This document shows, piece after piece, positions 10,429 to 23,461 of a DNA stretch of 64,000 nt. Under the pieces are notes generated by a model. That model was not told the origin of the DNA. It searched no databases and worked only from the letters and a program-made list of their open reading frames with translations. Made by a program: the position numbers and the translations under genes. The number at the start of each line of letters is the position of its first letter. Position 1 is the stretch's first letter. Source of the DNA: Paramoeba atlantica (taxonomy: Eukaryota > Protista > Discosea); the NCBI GenBank assembly GCA_977017575.1, contig CDRNVI010000157.1, forward strand, positions 22,748 through 86,747, in the 5' to 3' direction.

Positions 10429-10572
10429 CTGTGAACTTTTATACTTCCGCCGGTTTCAGACTTTTAGAACAACACGTTTAGGAGATTTTGAAGGGCGGAA
10501 CCTGAACTTTTGAAATTTCTTTTATGGCTTATAAAGGGGTTTCACAGCCTGAAGTATAAAGGGGGGTATCAG
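10429..10572. mobile_element. TA-flanked MITE of the CTGTGACCCC family
   Basis: TA|CTGTGAAC-TTTTATACTTC ... GAAGTATAAAGGGGGGTATCAG|TA, related to 26397-26715. Confidence 0.5.
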
Positions 10573-11135
10573 TAACTTGTTTAGGGGGTCCATTCCGCCT
10601 GTCATTAATAATTATAATGATAATCCTGAAGAATGATAATTTCTTTGATATTATTATTACAGTAAATTATTTCAGAATGCTCAGTTGTACGTTGACACAG
10701 AAAAAACGGCTTTTTTGTCGTTTTTCGTCACTATTCTCAGAATTAGTCTGTTGAACGTTGACAGGCACTTTTTTATGAGGTCAAATCCCAATTCTCATTT
10801 TTAAAAAAGAAAACGTTTCGCAAGGAAAACGTTAGCAGCGGAGCAGCTGGCCGCTTTCGGTGCACAAAAATGACCTCCAGAGATCTCCAACTGTCTCCTC
10901 GGTTTACGGAGTTGCCGCTCTATCAGTAGAACACCGCGGTCGAACAGCGCCAGTTTCCTTTTGTGCAATAGCGCTTTGTTTTCAGAAAAACAAAGTTTCA
11001 TTACTCGTAGCCACCTGAATGGGACAACGATAAAATTGATCTCCTGTGATTCCCTGTGACCCCATCTATCTCCACCTACCTATACTCCCTCAGTAATGGA
11101 ATCGATTTTGGACTATAAAGGACAAATCCTTGTTA

Positions 11136-13038
11136 CTGGGGGGTGTATGCCACCCACGGTATACGATACCCCCCCAGTAATAGACCCCCCCGCAACAGAG
11201 ATTGGACGATTTTTCGGCTGACCCCCAGTAACAGAGATTTAGCTCGGGATGGTGGTGGGAGGGGGGAGGGGGTGTTGGGGCGGGTGAGGGTCGCTGGGCT
11301 GGGTGAGGGTGGTTGCGCGGGAGCGAATGGCGTAGTTGCGGGGTTGTCAGGGCAGAAAATTAACGAACTCGTGAGTAAAAAAGGTTTTCCCACCAAAAAA
11401 GCATACCCCCCCAGTAAAAGAGATTTGGCCATTTGGGTCCAAAATCGATTCTATTACTGTGGGGGGATATATAGTATCCCCAGTGATCTCCACTTATCTC
11501 TCGCATACTCTCCAGTGAGTGAAGATGAAGCAGTGAGTTAATCATTGAGAGAACGAAGGCGCTTTTTTTCAATTCTCATTTTTGAGTGTAAAATTGAATT
11601 GAACGTTGACACATGACCGAAGCTCCATTCTCATTTTTCAAGGTGCATTCTCATTTTAGCCAGTTGTACGTTGACAGCCCAATTCTCATTTTTAGCGACT
11701 CTCAGAATAGTGACGTTTACTGTACCATTATCATTATTATTATTAATGACCTAGTGTAGCTTCTGTCTGCCACAGTCCGCTTGGAAGAAGGTCGTCCACC
11801 AAAGCTTGTAAATTTTTCAATGGAGCCCGATTCATCTAATGGGCGCTTCTTTTTCAATGATCGAGAAGTCATGGAAAAATAAATACGAAAATATGGCCCA
11901 AAACATGAAAATAAGTTGATCATTTTTTAGTTCAAAAAACGTACTTTTTAAGACACAAAACCTTTTGTATGAAAATTCTGTATGAAAATAAGTTGATAAT
12001 TTTTTAAGAGTTTTCACCACATAGAATGATAATTTTTTTAAGCTTATCATTATTAATGACAGGGGGAGTATATTTTCCGTGCGGATATGTAGCTAGGGCG
12101 TTTAAGGGACAAAACATCAACATTCATCACGTCAATAGATTCAGGAATATTTTTTCGGTTCAATGTAGCTTGAAAACAAAAAAGTCTGTAAAAATGGGAG
12201 GAAGGCATTGGTACCAAAAGTTGGATTATTCTGGACCTTCGCAAATTCTTCATTTTTAGTCGCTTCGTTCGAAACGCGTTCGAAAAGCGGCAGTTTTCAA
12301 CACGAAGGCAGTGGTGGCTTCAAAGAGGGTTCAAAAAGGTCGGAAGCCCTTGGCGGCACACCTTAGTTATTTTTTACAGGTCAGTCACTATGATGTGGAG
12401 TAGAAATACACCCCTGTCCAGCTTCATTTACCCACCCTCCTTACAGGTCTTGTATTTTGTTCGATTTTAGAAATATTTGATATGGGGCTGTTTTTCGACC
12501 CAATCGTCTCGAATCCGATGTCCTCTTCAATCGAGCGACCTTTTTTTCTTCCGAAACCTTAAAATTTTTGTCGAAACCCCCGATTTTGTTTTGCCCACCC
12601 TAAAAAAATCATTATTTTCAGTTTTTTCCTTAAGAGTTTTCAGTTTTCTCCTTTCAGTTTTTAGTTTTTTCCTTTAGCCAAGAGATAACTGACTTCCTCT
12701 TCTCCCGAATCAGCGTAATCCACCGGAAAGTCGAACCTTGCTCATAGCACGGTACTAGGAACTATAATCCTTGTGTGCTTTAGCTAGAAGGAATAGACAC
12801 GAAATATAAGACGCTATGTTTCAAACATCCTTTAACAGTAGAACATGTTGACAAATTAAGAAATTCATTCAAAAACTATCGCAAATGACTTCAATTTGTG
12901 GTAAAAAAGAAAGGTTATCATATTGGATATTGAATACGTATCTAGTGTCATTTTTGCGTTCTCTAAGCACGATTTTTTCCAAATGCATAAACTTTTTCCC
13001 GAAAGCATGAAAAAAATTACCGTATACCCCCCCCCCAG
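11136..13038. mobile_element. Putative TA-flanked non-autonomous element
   Basis: TA|CTGGGGGGTGTAT ... TATACCCCCCCCCCAG|TA with internal repeats of ACCCCC(C)AGTAA. Pairing of the two ends is uncertain. Confidence 0.3.
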
Positions 13039-14484
13039 TAATAGACTGTGGGTGATGCACACCCGCAGCGCCTCACGTAATATTACTGTGGCTTCCGCTT
13101 TATTATGGACATTTTTTTCCGCTTTTGTCCATAATAAAGGAGGGGGGTGATGGAAAGGGTGTGAAAAAAAGAAGCGGCGCCATGTTTTCTCATACTACGG
13201 CAAAAAAAATCTAAACTGTAAAATGCATTGCCACGAGGGCGGGCGAGGATCTTTGCTTTTCTTTTTTTAAACATGCTCATTGTTCTTTGTTTTATCCAGT
13301 TCCTGGGCACAAAATTCTCTTGATGAGATCTGCAAAATGCAACAAAGTGGGGGGTCACATTTCGTGAGCCGGGGTTCATTAAGCTCGGTTCGTCCCCTTT
13401 TCTCGTTTGTGTGATGTGAAAGCTCGCGAAATTACCGCGCATCAAAACTTCTCCTCTCATGAGAAATTCATTTTTTTAATATTTTTTTGCTTATTTTTAT
13501 TGAAAACGAGAGGTCTCGTTCCCCTAGCAACGAGCTTCGCCGCTATTTTTTAATATTTTTTAATATTGGCCCACTTGTGGCCCTTGGCCGCGGAGTGTTT
13601 GTTTTTTAAAGTTGGTGTGGTATGATGATGCACAAAAATAAAGCAGATTTTTTTTTCGTTTTTTAAAATGATCTAAAAATGGTGGGAAAGTGTAGATCCC
13701 ATGATTTTGAACGAGAAAGTGATATCCTAACCCCCTTAGACCCCTTCAAGAGGAAAATAAAGGGAATTGCTTAAAAAAGTTGAATTTTCACCGTTTCAAG
13801 AAAAAATCAATCAAAGTCAAATATTCCACCACGTGAAAAATTCAATGTTTGTTATCTGTTTTTGCTCATTTTTGTTGCAAACCAAAGATCTCGTTCCCCT
13901 AGCGAAGAGCTGTGACGCCATTTTCATATTGCCCCCCTTCTCCCCCCCTGGCCGCTGAACATGTAATTTTTCTGCTAATATTAGTATGACTCTGTAAAAA
14001 AAATATTGAAAAAGTGTGGTTTTATTTTTTATTCGTGAAGAGGTCTAAAAACAGCGGGAACGTGCAGATCTCAAAATTTTACACGATAAGATGGTGCTAT
14101 AACCTATCCACGTCGCGCTGTGCCAAAAATAAGGTGGGGTGCCTTATTGATGAAGGGGGGTTTATATTCATTATACCAAATGAGTCATTTCGCAGCTTAG
14201 GCACCACCACCAGTGCATCACACAAATGGGAAAAACGTAGGTGCCGCGAAGCGTCGCCGAAATTGTTTTGCCTTTCACTTTCGAATTCTTCCATATTCTG
14301 TCAATCACCACAGATGCGTTGCCCCCTTCTAAGTAGCGGGCTTTGCGAATTTTGGAGAAAAGTGAGGAGAAAAAGGCTGTGAGGCGAAGCGTACAGCATG
14401 CGTGACTTCTATTCCGAAAACAACCATCGCGCTTATCGAATCGATTTTTTTTAAATATTAATCTAGTAGTATAAATTAGTTAGT

Positions 14485-15213
14485 TTATTGATCTACGACT
14501 ACAAGTTTGGTATTCGAAGAACATCTCAATAATTGAATACTTTTTTTTAATCGCGGGTGGAGCTTGCTTGCGACTATTGTACCTTCCAGAAGCGGATTTT
14601 TATCTAAAGTAAGGGTATCTAGCTTCTCCGGAAGGATTAATAAATCTATCATTCCTTCGAATTCGTTTCCAGACAAGTATAAAGCTTCCAGAGTGTCCGG
14701 GAGTGCCCCGAAATCTAATTTTCCAGTCAAGAAATTATCACTAACGTCAAGATGTACCAGATCGACGGGCAACTGTGTAAGGCATATATCACCAGACAAT
14801 TCGTTTGTTTCCATCCATGCGCCGGTAGAAAGCTTCGGGAGTCTTGTCAGATCCGGATTGCCTGTAAATTTGTTTCCTCCCAGAAAGAAATGCCTTAACT
14901 TTACTAATGGGAAAAGGTCACATGGGACGTTTTCCCCTGATATGCTGTTGTATTCAATATCGAACGTCTCAACGGACATTAAAATACATGCAAACTTCAT
15001 GGATCCACTCAACTTTTGACGGCTCCACCTTATTTCAGTAACTTTCTCCTCTGAATTACACTTGATGCCTTTCCATTTGCAAGCAGAAATGTCAGAATTC
15101 CAGCTCTCATGACGAGTGTGCAAACCACTAATGAGCCGCTCAAGATCCATTTCTTGTGGTAAATTCAATGCACCAACCTTCGACGGGAGCGTGGATGGCG
15201 CTTGGGAATCCAT
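14485..15213 (-). CDS. LRR protein, MDSQAP subfamily
   Basis: Close paralogue of 36755-37468; LPQEMDL..SW..DISACKWKGIKC cap plus LRRs. Confidence 0.9.
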   Translation of the reverse strand: MDSQAPSTLPSKVGALNLPQEMDLERLISGLHTRHESWNSDISACKWKGIKCNSEEKVTEIRWSRQKLSGSMKFACILMSVETFDIEYNSISGENVPCDLFPLVKLRHFFLGGNKFTGNPDLTRLPKLSTGAWMETNELSGDICLTQLPVDLVHLDVSDNFLTGKLDFGALPDTLEALYLSGNEFEGMIDLLILPEKLDTLTLDKNPLLEGTIVASKLHPRLKKSIQLLRCSSNTKLVVVDQ

Positions 15214-15798
15214 TGCACATAAATTAGATAAAATATTCAAGGTATTAATTTGCTTTAATGGGTATTAAAGTTATGCAGGGGGAATCAGCTCATATGCAGG
15301 GGGGATCAGCTAATGCTGGGGAATCTAAATTTCGTAAAACTTGGCCTACAAAATTAACGGGGTTCCGGTTTAGCATACCTGTGACCTGTACCATACCGGG
15401 GGGTATGGTATCGACCCAGGGCCGATAGCATACCCCCAACCCCTATGGCAACATATGTTGTGTCAACAAAGGTCGTGTTAATCCCAGAAATTAACACGAT
15501 TCTTTTTTGACACAACATAATTTCTTCCCTGTAATCAGACTTTCAAATGTACGCATTTGGGATTTTGTTGTTCCGTTTCTTAACGCGCAAACTCTTTGTG
15601 TTGAGATCTATAACATGCTACAAAAATTAGCTCAAACGAGCGAAGCATTGAGATTTTGGAGGGAGTGCCTTATTTTGCTCAGGGGTTTATGTAAATTGTC
15701 CTATGTAAAGAATGGGGGATTACTGATACAAGCTCATAAAGTTGTTGAGGTTTATGAAGCTGTGACAATCAAAGCTTGGGCAATATATTTTTTGTATC

Positions 15799-16359
15799 TT
15801 ACTTCTGAATCCAATCAGCCGGAATGCCCCACCAAACAGTTTTAGGTTGAATGCCTTCCGGAATTGATCCTTGGAGATTTGTATTCCCCGTTATATCGAA
15901 TCCAGTAATTTTTGAATCCTTCAGAAAAGAAAGATCAACAAAGCCAGTGAACTGATTTCGAGAGATGTTCAAAATTAGCATGGTAGGCGGCAGGTCCTCA
16001 AGGTGAAGCTCACCTGTAAACCTGTTGCCTTGGAGCCACATTCTTTCAAGTACAGGAGGAAGCAACGCGAAACTTACGCACCCGCTCAATTGGTTGCCGC
16101 TCAGTTCGAGGTATGTTACAGAACGTGGTATCGAACCCCAGTGCAATGTACCGGACAGCCCTCGACCACTCCAAGCAATGCGGCTAACTTCACCCTGCTC
16201 ACTACACGTCACACCAATCCACTCACATGCTGGTGTAGTCGTATTCCATGACTCATGCAGATGTTGAACATCACTAATAAACTTTGTGAGTTCGTATTCC
16301 GGAGGGAGAAACATGCCCCTGACCTTACCTACACGTGTTGTGCTCTTAGGAATATTCAT
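15799..16359 (-). CDS. Short LRR protein (186 aa)
   Basis: LPPEYEL..SWNTTTPACEWIGVTC cap plus ~3-4 LRRs. Confidence 0.9.
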   Translation of the reverse strand: MNIPKSTTRVGKVRGMFLPPEYELTKFISDVQHLHESWNTTTPACEWIGVTCSEQGEVSRIAWSGRGLSGTLHWGSIPRSVTYLELSGNQLSGCVSFALLPPVLERMWLQGNRFTGELHLEDLPPTMLILNISRNQFTGFVDLSFLKDSKITGFDITGNTNLQGSIPEGIQPKTVWWGIPADWIQK

Positions 16360-16701
16360 GACTTTGTAAATCGAATGTAGCCGTAATAAAAATCGAACAT
16401 AGCGTATAAAAACAAACTAATGGATCTCAACAGAGAGAATGCACAATGCATTGAATTATAAGGTTCGTACACTACCGGCTCCCGTTTAAGCACACCCGGG
16501 AAGACCCCTTTTAAGCGCACACTGAGCTAAGGTGTAGTTGTTTTTATGTAGGCGCACTTTTCAACAACAAAAAACGAGGTGCGCAAAAACGGGTGGGGAC
16601 AGCAATTATCACCCGTTCTTTTGAAAGAATAACTCAGCATTTGAATACAACTTCTTTAGTACAACTACATTACAACTAGGTATGTACAACTTCACGCAAC
16701 A

Positions 16702-17481
16702 CTACACCGTTAATAGTGTGATATTAGTGCCGAAAATCATGAATCCGAGGCGCAGGTTTTTAGGAAGATGGTGTTCCTCTATCTCGCCGCACAACTTAGC
16801 GTTCGATGACAAATCGAGGTCCTCTAACGTACCCGGAAGGCTTTTTAAATTAACGTTTCCGGAAAATTTATTATCGTGAAGACGCAGAATATTCAGATTT
16901 GGGAGTGCACTGAAACAAAGTTCACCTGATAATTGATTCCTGTCAAGACAGAGACTGGTTAACCCTAAGGGTAATTTAATTAAACAAACTTCTCCTGTAA
17001 ATTGGTTACCTGAAAGCATCAAAGTCTTCAAATTCAGCGGGAGAGCGGTCAAGTCCAATGGCCCGCTAAATTTATTATTCCGAAGACTGAAAGTGCGCAA
17101 AGTGGAGGGAAGAGTACCCAGTGGTACTTCCCCAGAAAGTTGGTTATTATAGACATAAAAGTTGTATAATGTTTTGGGAAGGTAATCAAACGTGAACGAA
17201 CCTGTCAGTTTTTTCGTGATCCAATTTATGGCCAATATCTCATCATCTTTGTTACAGGACACGCCATCCCACTCACAAGCCGGGGTTGATGTACTCCACG
17301 AGGGATGCGTATTTTCAATTTCATGTATAAGTCGCTTAAGACTATATTCTTGTGGAAGATTAGTTGTGCTCACTTTAGCTGCACGTCGCGTCATGCGTGG
17401 GTCTTCAATATCCGCAACAGAAACCGTGTGCAACATCAGAGAAAAACGTTTAATTTCTTTATCTAGAAATTTCATGGACAT
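16702..17481 (-). CDS. LRR protein, RRAAKVS subfamily
   Basis: LPQEYSL..SWSTSTPACEWDGVSC cap plus ~6 LRRs; paralogous to the genes at 3689, 36275 and 57054. Confidence 0.9.
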   Translation of the reverse strand: MSMKFLDKEIKRFSLMLHTVSVADIEDPRMTRRAAKVSTTNLPQEYSLKRLIHEIENTHPSWSTSTPACEWDGVSCNKDDEILAINWITKKLTGSFTFDYLPKTLYNFYVYNNQLSGEVPLGTLPSTLRTFSLRNNKFSGPLDLTALPLNLKTLMLSGNQFTGEVCLIKLPLGLTSLCLDRNQLSGELCFSALPNLNILRLHDNKFSGNVNLKSLPGTLEDLDLSSNAKLCGEIEEHHLPKNLRLGFMIFGTNITLLTV

Positions 17482-17538
17482 TTTACTTTTGATGCATTGA
17501 AATTCGAAGGTGTTCTCTCCCTCTCATTAATTTTTAGT

Positions 17539-17990
17539 GCGGTGGTTGTATAACTACCGCTCTACCCCCGATTATTGAAAAAAAAATGAACAAAAACAGT
17601 GAAAATATAAAGAGAAACACACAAATATAATAGAAGAAAAAAATATAAGAGTGGGCTCCGGTGGTCCAAAACTGAAAAAAAAAATGAAAAAAATGGGGGG
17701 TCCAGGGGGGGGTCCAGGGGGGGTCCAGGGGGGGGTCCAGGGGGGGTCCAGGGGGGGGGCATACGTCGCGAAATATTTTTTCGAATTTTTTACTTTTCAA
17801 AATCGAGCGCAGGGAAGTGGTAGAGTATGCCGCGGCGATATTTTTCGACCCCCGCCCATGGGGGTACCCCCCCTGGTACGCGCAGGAGGGGTCTGACAAG
17901 GTCAAAAATTCCGAAATTTTTGGGGTGACCAAAAACAAATTGACCCAAAAAAAGTAAAAATATTATTTTTCAAGAACCCTAAAACGTGTT
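17539..17990 (+). repeat. G-tract repeat element with six G6-9 tracts separated by TCCA
   Basis: Head hairpin GCGGTGGT-TGTATA-ACTACCGC; (G7-8 TCCA)n at 17695-17759. Confidence 0.9.
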
Positions 17991-18074
17991 TTAGGAGTTT
18001 GGAACCCCAGCTACCATTCTACGACATTTGTTTCGTCATATTCGCCTCCTATCCCTACTGGTACACAACACCTG

Positions 18075-18623
18075 TTGCCTGGGAGCCTAACATATGAATT
18101 TCGTGGAACCAAGCGCGTCAAGATATGTACAACTGGAAAAGAGCGTAACATCACAACTTGTTGGATGTGGTGTCGTTCTTCGAAAAATTGTGATGACACC
18201 TGGTCGCACCTGATGAACCCACCTCACCTGATTTGGAGCACGCAATCAGAAGTTGGACCCATTGCACAAGAAACCAAGCGAGCCAGCGTGAAATATAAAT
18301 GTACCAGCACTACGTCGAAATCTGGTTGGACGACTGGCGTAACATTTTTACAGTGGGCCAAATTTGAGTTTTGCGACCGATCAAAGTACCCACCTTACAA
18401 GACTTTGTTTGTCCTAGATCTTTACGCAGCACATCGCACTAAGGAACTTCTTCTATACTTGAAGGAAATGCATATCGATATTTTGTTTATTCCTGGCGGA
18501 TGTACCCCATTAGTACAACTTATGGACACAAGCGTTAACAAAACTTTTAAGAAAAACTATATGGACAAGTGCAGCACGCAAGTGCAGCACAAAAACTATA
18601 TGGCGTGCAGCACGCAGCTTTAA
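18075..18623 (+). pseudogene. pogo-like (DDE_1) transposase fragment
   Basis: LFVLDLYAAH...FIPGGCTPLVQLMD, with 35 residues between D and D. Confidence 0.8.
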
Positions 18624-19139
18624 GGGACCGGAACGCATGCTAATTACTACGTTGTATGCTTCATTAAAGATCAGAAACTGTTTTATTAAAAATGATAGCT
18701 GTATTATAATAAAGCAGAATAAATCTAAAGTGTATTTTCTGTTTATATTGTTTTTCCCTTGTAAACAACATTTGTATTCATATACAATGTATTTAATCTA
18801 TTGGTACGTGGGCTCATGTTATCTCTATCGTTCACGGTATATTCGGAAAGCTGCTCAAACGATAGTTACCGTTTCTGTAAAAATCCCAACTTCCTCTGAA
18901 AGTTGGGCACAAAACCGAAATGGGGAAGTAAGGTCGGGACCTCCTCGTGGTCTTCCCTGGCACTGCCATCTCGCTGATGGCACTGAAGCCGACCTAATAA
19001 GTTCGAAAAAGGGTTTTTTCATTTATACGGATGTATACAAAAATGTGTCATACAATTCCTCTTGATGCTACGTGACTTGTCCTACCACGCGACTTATCCG
19101 CCTTTTCCGCTTTTTTGGCCTTTTCGTCGGGACAAGTGA

Positions 19140-19800
19140 GGGGGGGGTGACGGTACGCGGGGGGGTCACCCCCGGGTAGGGGGGTAGAAAATGCGCGCCA
19201 ACACCCCGGCTACCCCTTCTGAGGGTTTTTTTCGAAAAATAGTTTTTTTTACAAAAATTCGTGCGGTATGCGCCCCATAGACCCCCCCATGGACCGGTCA
19301 TTTTTTTCAATTTTTTTTTCAATTTTGGACCACCGGAGCCCCCTTTTATATTTTTTTCTTCTAAGTAATAAACCCCCAGAAGGGGTAGCCGAGGCATTGG
19401 CGCACATTTTCCACCCCTGTACTCGGGGACGACTCCCCCTGGTATCAACAGGCCGGGGCCACCAAGTTCGGTTTTTTCTGAAAAAAACTCAACTTGGCGA
19501 AAAATACAGCTTAAAAAATCGTTCTTCAAAATAGTTACACCTATTGCATTTTGAGAGTTTGGGTCCTATCCTAGCTTTCTAGACCGTTGTTTTCACAAGA
19601 TATCCCTTCTTGAAGCCGTGACATGCCTCCCAAAATGACGCCCCAAAAAATCGGTGTCCTGGCAAAACTCGGCAAAACTTAACAGGTTTCAACCCTCTAA
19701 GTTTCGATTTTGTTTTTGCCTTCTACTTCAAGTAACTAGGCTCCTGTGATGCCGAAAATCAAGGATGGCGATATGCTCATGGAGTGGTGGTTTCTTTGCC
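19140..19800. repeat. Rearranged pieces of the G-tract family (reverse 19140-19375, forward 19376-19800)
   Basis: Matches 39702-40260 and 63597-63980 in both orientations. Confidence 0.8.
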
Positions 19801-20119
19801 ACTCGGAAAACATGTTTTGATTGTGTATGAGGTATCAGAAGGCAAACGAACCCTACGGTTTCAAGCAGATAAAAAAGTCCGCCGAACAATCCCACTCTGT
19901 CCTAATGGAATATGTACAATGTAAGGCATTGGAGATGTAAAGGCATGGAGACTGGAAATAGGCGGTGGGCAATTCGTCTCACAAAGAAGCATATATTGCC
20001 TTCAAAGACATTAGAAAGTTACATGAGCAACATATCGGGAGCAAACGCGCGCTTGCCCAAACACATGTAGTCGAACCTGTCGTGATTGTCGAACCTGCTT
20101 AATTATAATTATAATTATA

Positions 20120-21458
20120 AACCCCGCGTCATGGAAAGTGATCCCCCACTTTTTTTTCGTACAAATGTCCGTTTGAGCTGATTTTTGTTGCGTTTTGCAG
20201 ATCTCAACACAAGGACTTTGCGCGTGAAGAAATGAAACAAAAAGAAGCGAATGCGTATATTTTATTGAGGAATTACCATTTTTTCACTTTTTCGCCTTTC
20301 AATCTTATACACTCCTTAAGGCGTGAGTCAAAGCTTAAGACCGTTTTGTCGATCACATTTTGAGACAAGCGAGACCACGCTTTGCGTACACATCGGATGA
20401 GTGAAGGCTTATCCGATGGGGTCTGTTCGTCCACCGCCCCTTGGACCATAGACCAGACGTTTTCTATTGGGGAAAGATCTGGTGAGTTGGGGGGCCAATT
20501 TTTCAGAAGTTCACTCATTGCGCTTTCAATGTACTCCTTTGAGGCACGAGCAGTGTGAGCCGTTGCCCCATCTTGCTGAAAAATACGATTAGGGGGAAAA
20601 TCTACCTCTTTTAATGTTTCTATGTACGTCTCACTTGTAATAGATGTGTCATTTTGTAGAATTACCGAGTACCTCCACCCCACCCCTACAGCACCCCAAA
20701 CTTGGCATCTTGGTGCCCAACGTACTTTTTGACGCGGGGCTGCTTTTTGACCGCGCCTTTCCCACATTTTTCTTCTGCCATCATTCGTATCAAATATTTT
20801 TTCGTCTGTAAAGATGACACGGGAAATATCCATATTGTAATTCAACGCAAATTGAACTCTTTTTACTTTTCGTCGTTCGGTAAGCCCTTGGCATAGCGGT
20901 CGAGCGGCATAACTGTAATCCAGGGATGATAAGTCTCTCTGTACAGTTCTTTTTGAAACTTGTATATTCTTTTTCTTCAATTGGGCTGCTATGCGCCTTG
21001 ATGAATTGAGTCTCGGTACTCCAGCGGGGTCAAGAGGGGTTATATCTTCTCAATTTTCGTTTTACGAGTTTTCATTATTTTTTTTCGCTCAGGACTCAAA
21101 GTGTATACTGGGGTAGTTTTTTTTTCGTTCAAATATTTTTTAACTATCCTTCTAGAAACGTTGAAATCACGGGCTATCTCTTTTATTGATACTCCTTGTC
21201 CGTGCCTCATCTTTAAAAGAACCTTTCCACTAGAAGTCAGCCCCCCTCTTGGGAGTCGATATGGTGATTTTGGCATTTTTGAAAAAAGGTTGAAAAAATT
21301 AAATTTTTTTTTTACTGAATTTTAAAGTTTTAAAATGAGCTAAAAACAGCGGGAACGTACAGATCTCAAAATTTTGAACGACAACGTGGTATGATAACCC
21401 CCCCACGACCCCCTGTGCTAAAAATAAGGGGGGGGTCACTTATTGGTGACGCGGGGTT
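20120..21458 (-). mobile_element. Tc1-like element, 1339 bp, TA TSD
   Basis: TA|AACCCCGCGTCA...AAGTGA.CCCCC imperfect TIRs at both ends. Confidence 0.85.
20273..21276 (-). pseudogene. Tc1-like DD35E transposase with a frameshift at ~21040
   Basis: HTH in ORF 21040-21276; IFTDEK / QQDGATAH / WPPNSPDLSPIE in ORF 20273-20980; 35 residues between D and E. Confidence 0.9.
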
Positions 21459-21468
21459 TATTATAATT

Positions 21469-22359
21469 GAGGGTCTGCGGGTCGTGGCACACGAGACCGC
21501 GCGAGACCGCGGTTTGGTTTTGGCATGGAGAGACAAAAAAATGCTAGTTTTTGGATGGAGAGTAGAGCATAATTTGAATAAAAAAGAACTTTCACTTCAT
21601 ATACAGGGGGGGCCACGAAAACTGACTAGCTTCGCATTTTAGCCTCGTGAGGCCGTTTGAGCTAATTTTTGTTGCAAACGAGAGATCTCGTTCTGAATAT
21701 CGTGTCTACGCTATTTAGAATACAAAAACTGAAGAAAGCAAGCCTTTCCCATGGGTCGAAAAACTGAAATTTTTGAGACTTTGCAAATTGAAAAAAGAGC
21801 GCAAAATAGCAATTTTTGGCCTTTCGCGGTAGAAACTAAGTCTTAATATCCAGTATTCCCACCTCCACGCTCACGTAGAGTAGCGAGGCGTGTGGGAAGA
21901 CTCTGTAACGTGTTCACATACGCCTCGTGACACTCTGCCAACAAGTAGTCCTTCGCCTTAGGAATAGCAGCTTGCAATTCCGTTCGATTTTTCGGACGAA
22001 GATGGGTGTGGATGTACTTATCCATCATAAATGCGTGGAAACACGCATCGGGTACTTGCTCAAGGAACACATAAATTATGTGCCCTACGAACCTAGGAAA
22101 CCGCGGAAGCGAAAGAAGTAAATTGGTTTAGTTTTATTGATCTTTTAATATCAGTCTTGGTCTGTGTTCAACCTCGCTCTATTTATTCCAATTGAAATTG
22201 CGTAGACGAAATTGCGATTGAAATTGCTTAGACGTATACTATAAACGAAAACTATTTGACAATCTCTAAAATATCATTATACCCTTTTACGAATATGAGA
22301 CCGCGCGAGACCGCGCCGAGACCGTGCGAGACCGCGGTTAACGTCACCCGCAGCCCCTC
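21469..22359. mobile_element. GAG...CTC element with TSD AATT carrying a Tc1 C-terminal fragment (21843-22070, minus strand)
   Basis: AATT|GAGGGTCTGCGGG...CCCGCAGCCCCTC|AATT with subterminal GAGACCGCG repeats; internal peptide ...LPTRLATLRERGGGNTGY*. Confidence 0.8.
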
Positions 22360-22661
22360 AATTATATTGTAACTTTTATATGTAACTGACAGAATTACGT
22401 CGACTATCTTTAGATCAACTACAGTACTAGGATTCGTACATCTTTCTAGTTTTTACTTGAAATAGGATTCGTACGTCTTTCTAGTTTTTACTTGAAATTG
22501 TATGCACACAATCGGACACCTTCCGGTCGGCCACCTGCCGAATATTGTGTCAGTCCGTAAGAAAGAGAAATTTGTTCCGTTTAGATTCATTTTTTCCCGA
22601 AGAAGGCCGCAAATTTGAGCTTTTTAAGTACCACTTTTTGCTTATACGGCTAAAGAGCGTA

Positions 22662-23455
22662 CATTATCACGCCTTCCTAAACACGCTAGGAACCGGTCCT
22701 AAGACGGCGTCGTCCTCATGTACATGAGCGACGAAGTGTGAGGGAGAAGGAAGTAGAGGTACGTGTGAGGGAGAAAGGATATGCCTTTTTCTTTGCTTTT
22801 TGTTATTATATGCTTTTAATTTAATTTAATTTAGTACATGTGAGGGAGAACCAGAGGGAAGAGGGGTGCTTTAACTAATAATCCACTTGATTTTCATTTC
22901 ATTAATTATTTTTGCAAATTGTATTTACAATGTTTATTGTCGTATCGTACTTGTAATTTGGGGGTTGGGATTATTACTATACTATTAATTTTCAGTGATA
23001 CTTGGATGAGCAGCTTTCATGCGTTTTGGCTTCTAGTATCACTGATCCCCTACAGCCGGTCAAGCTGTAGGGTTGCAACTTGTATCTCGTGCATCGTCTG
23101 GCATACAATCTTGGAACTGTACGATGACCGTTCAGGTCAATCGGCCCTTCGATCCCCTATTGACCGTAGGGTTTGAGAACAGTTCGAGTATCACTGATCC
23201 GCCAGTAGGGCGTTTGAAGGGTGCATCGATGGAGGTATGTGCTTGACAGAGACCAGAGTAGTGATTCTAGCCCTTTTTCAACTGAATAAGGCAGTCAATC
23301 CATGTACACGTACAATGACAAAATGTACATGAAGGAACCAAGCTGTTTCGTCGGAAAACAAAAGGAAAAAAGGAGAAAAGGTACGCTACGGCACTTGCAT
23401 GCCTGGCACTGTGCTTGGGAACCGGTTCCTCGGTGCTTAGGAAGGCGTGATAATG
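22662..23455. mobile_element. Non-autonomous TIR element, superfamily unassigned
   Basis: ~38-bp imperfect inverted repeats CATTATCACGCCTTCCTAA..CAC..AGGAACCGGT; no TSD seen. Confidence 0.6.
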
Positions 23456-23461
23456 AGGTCG

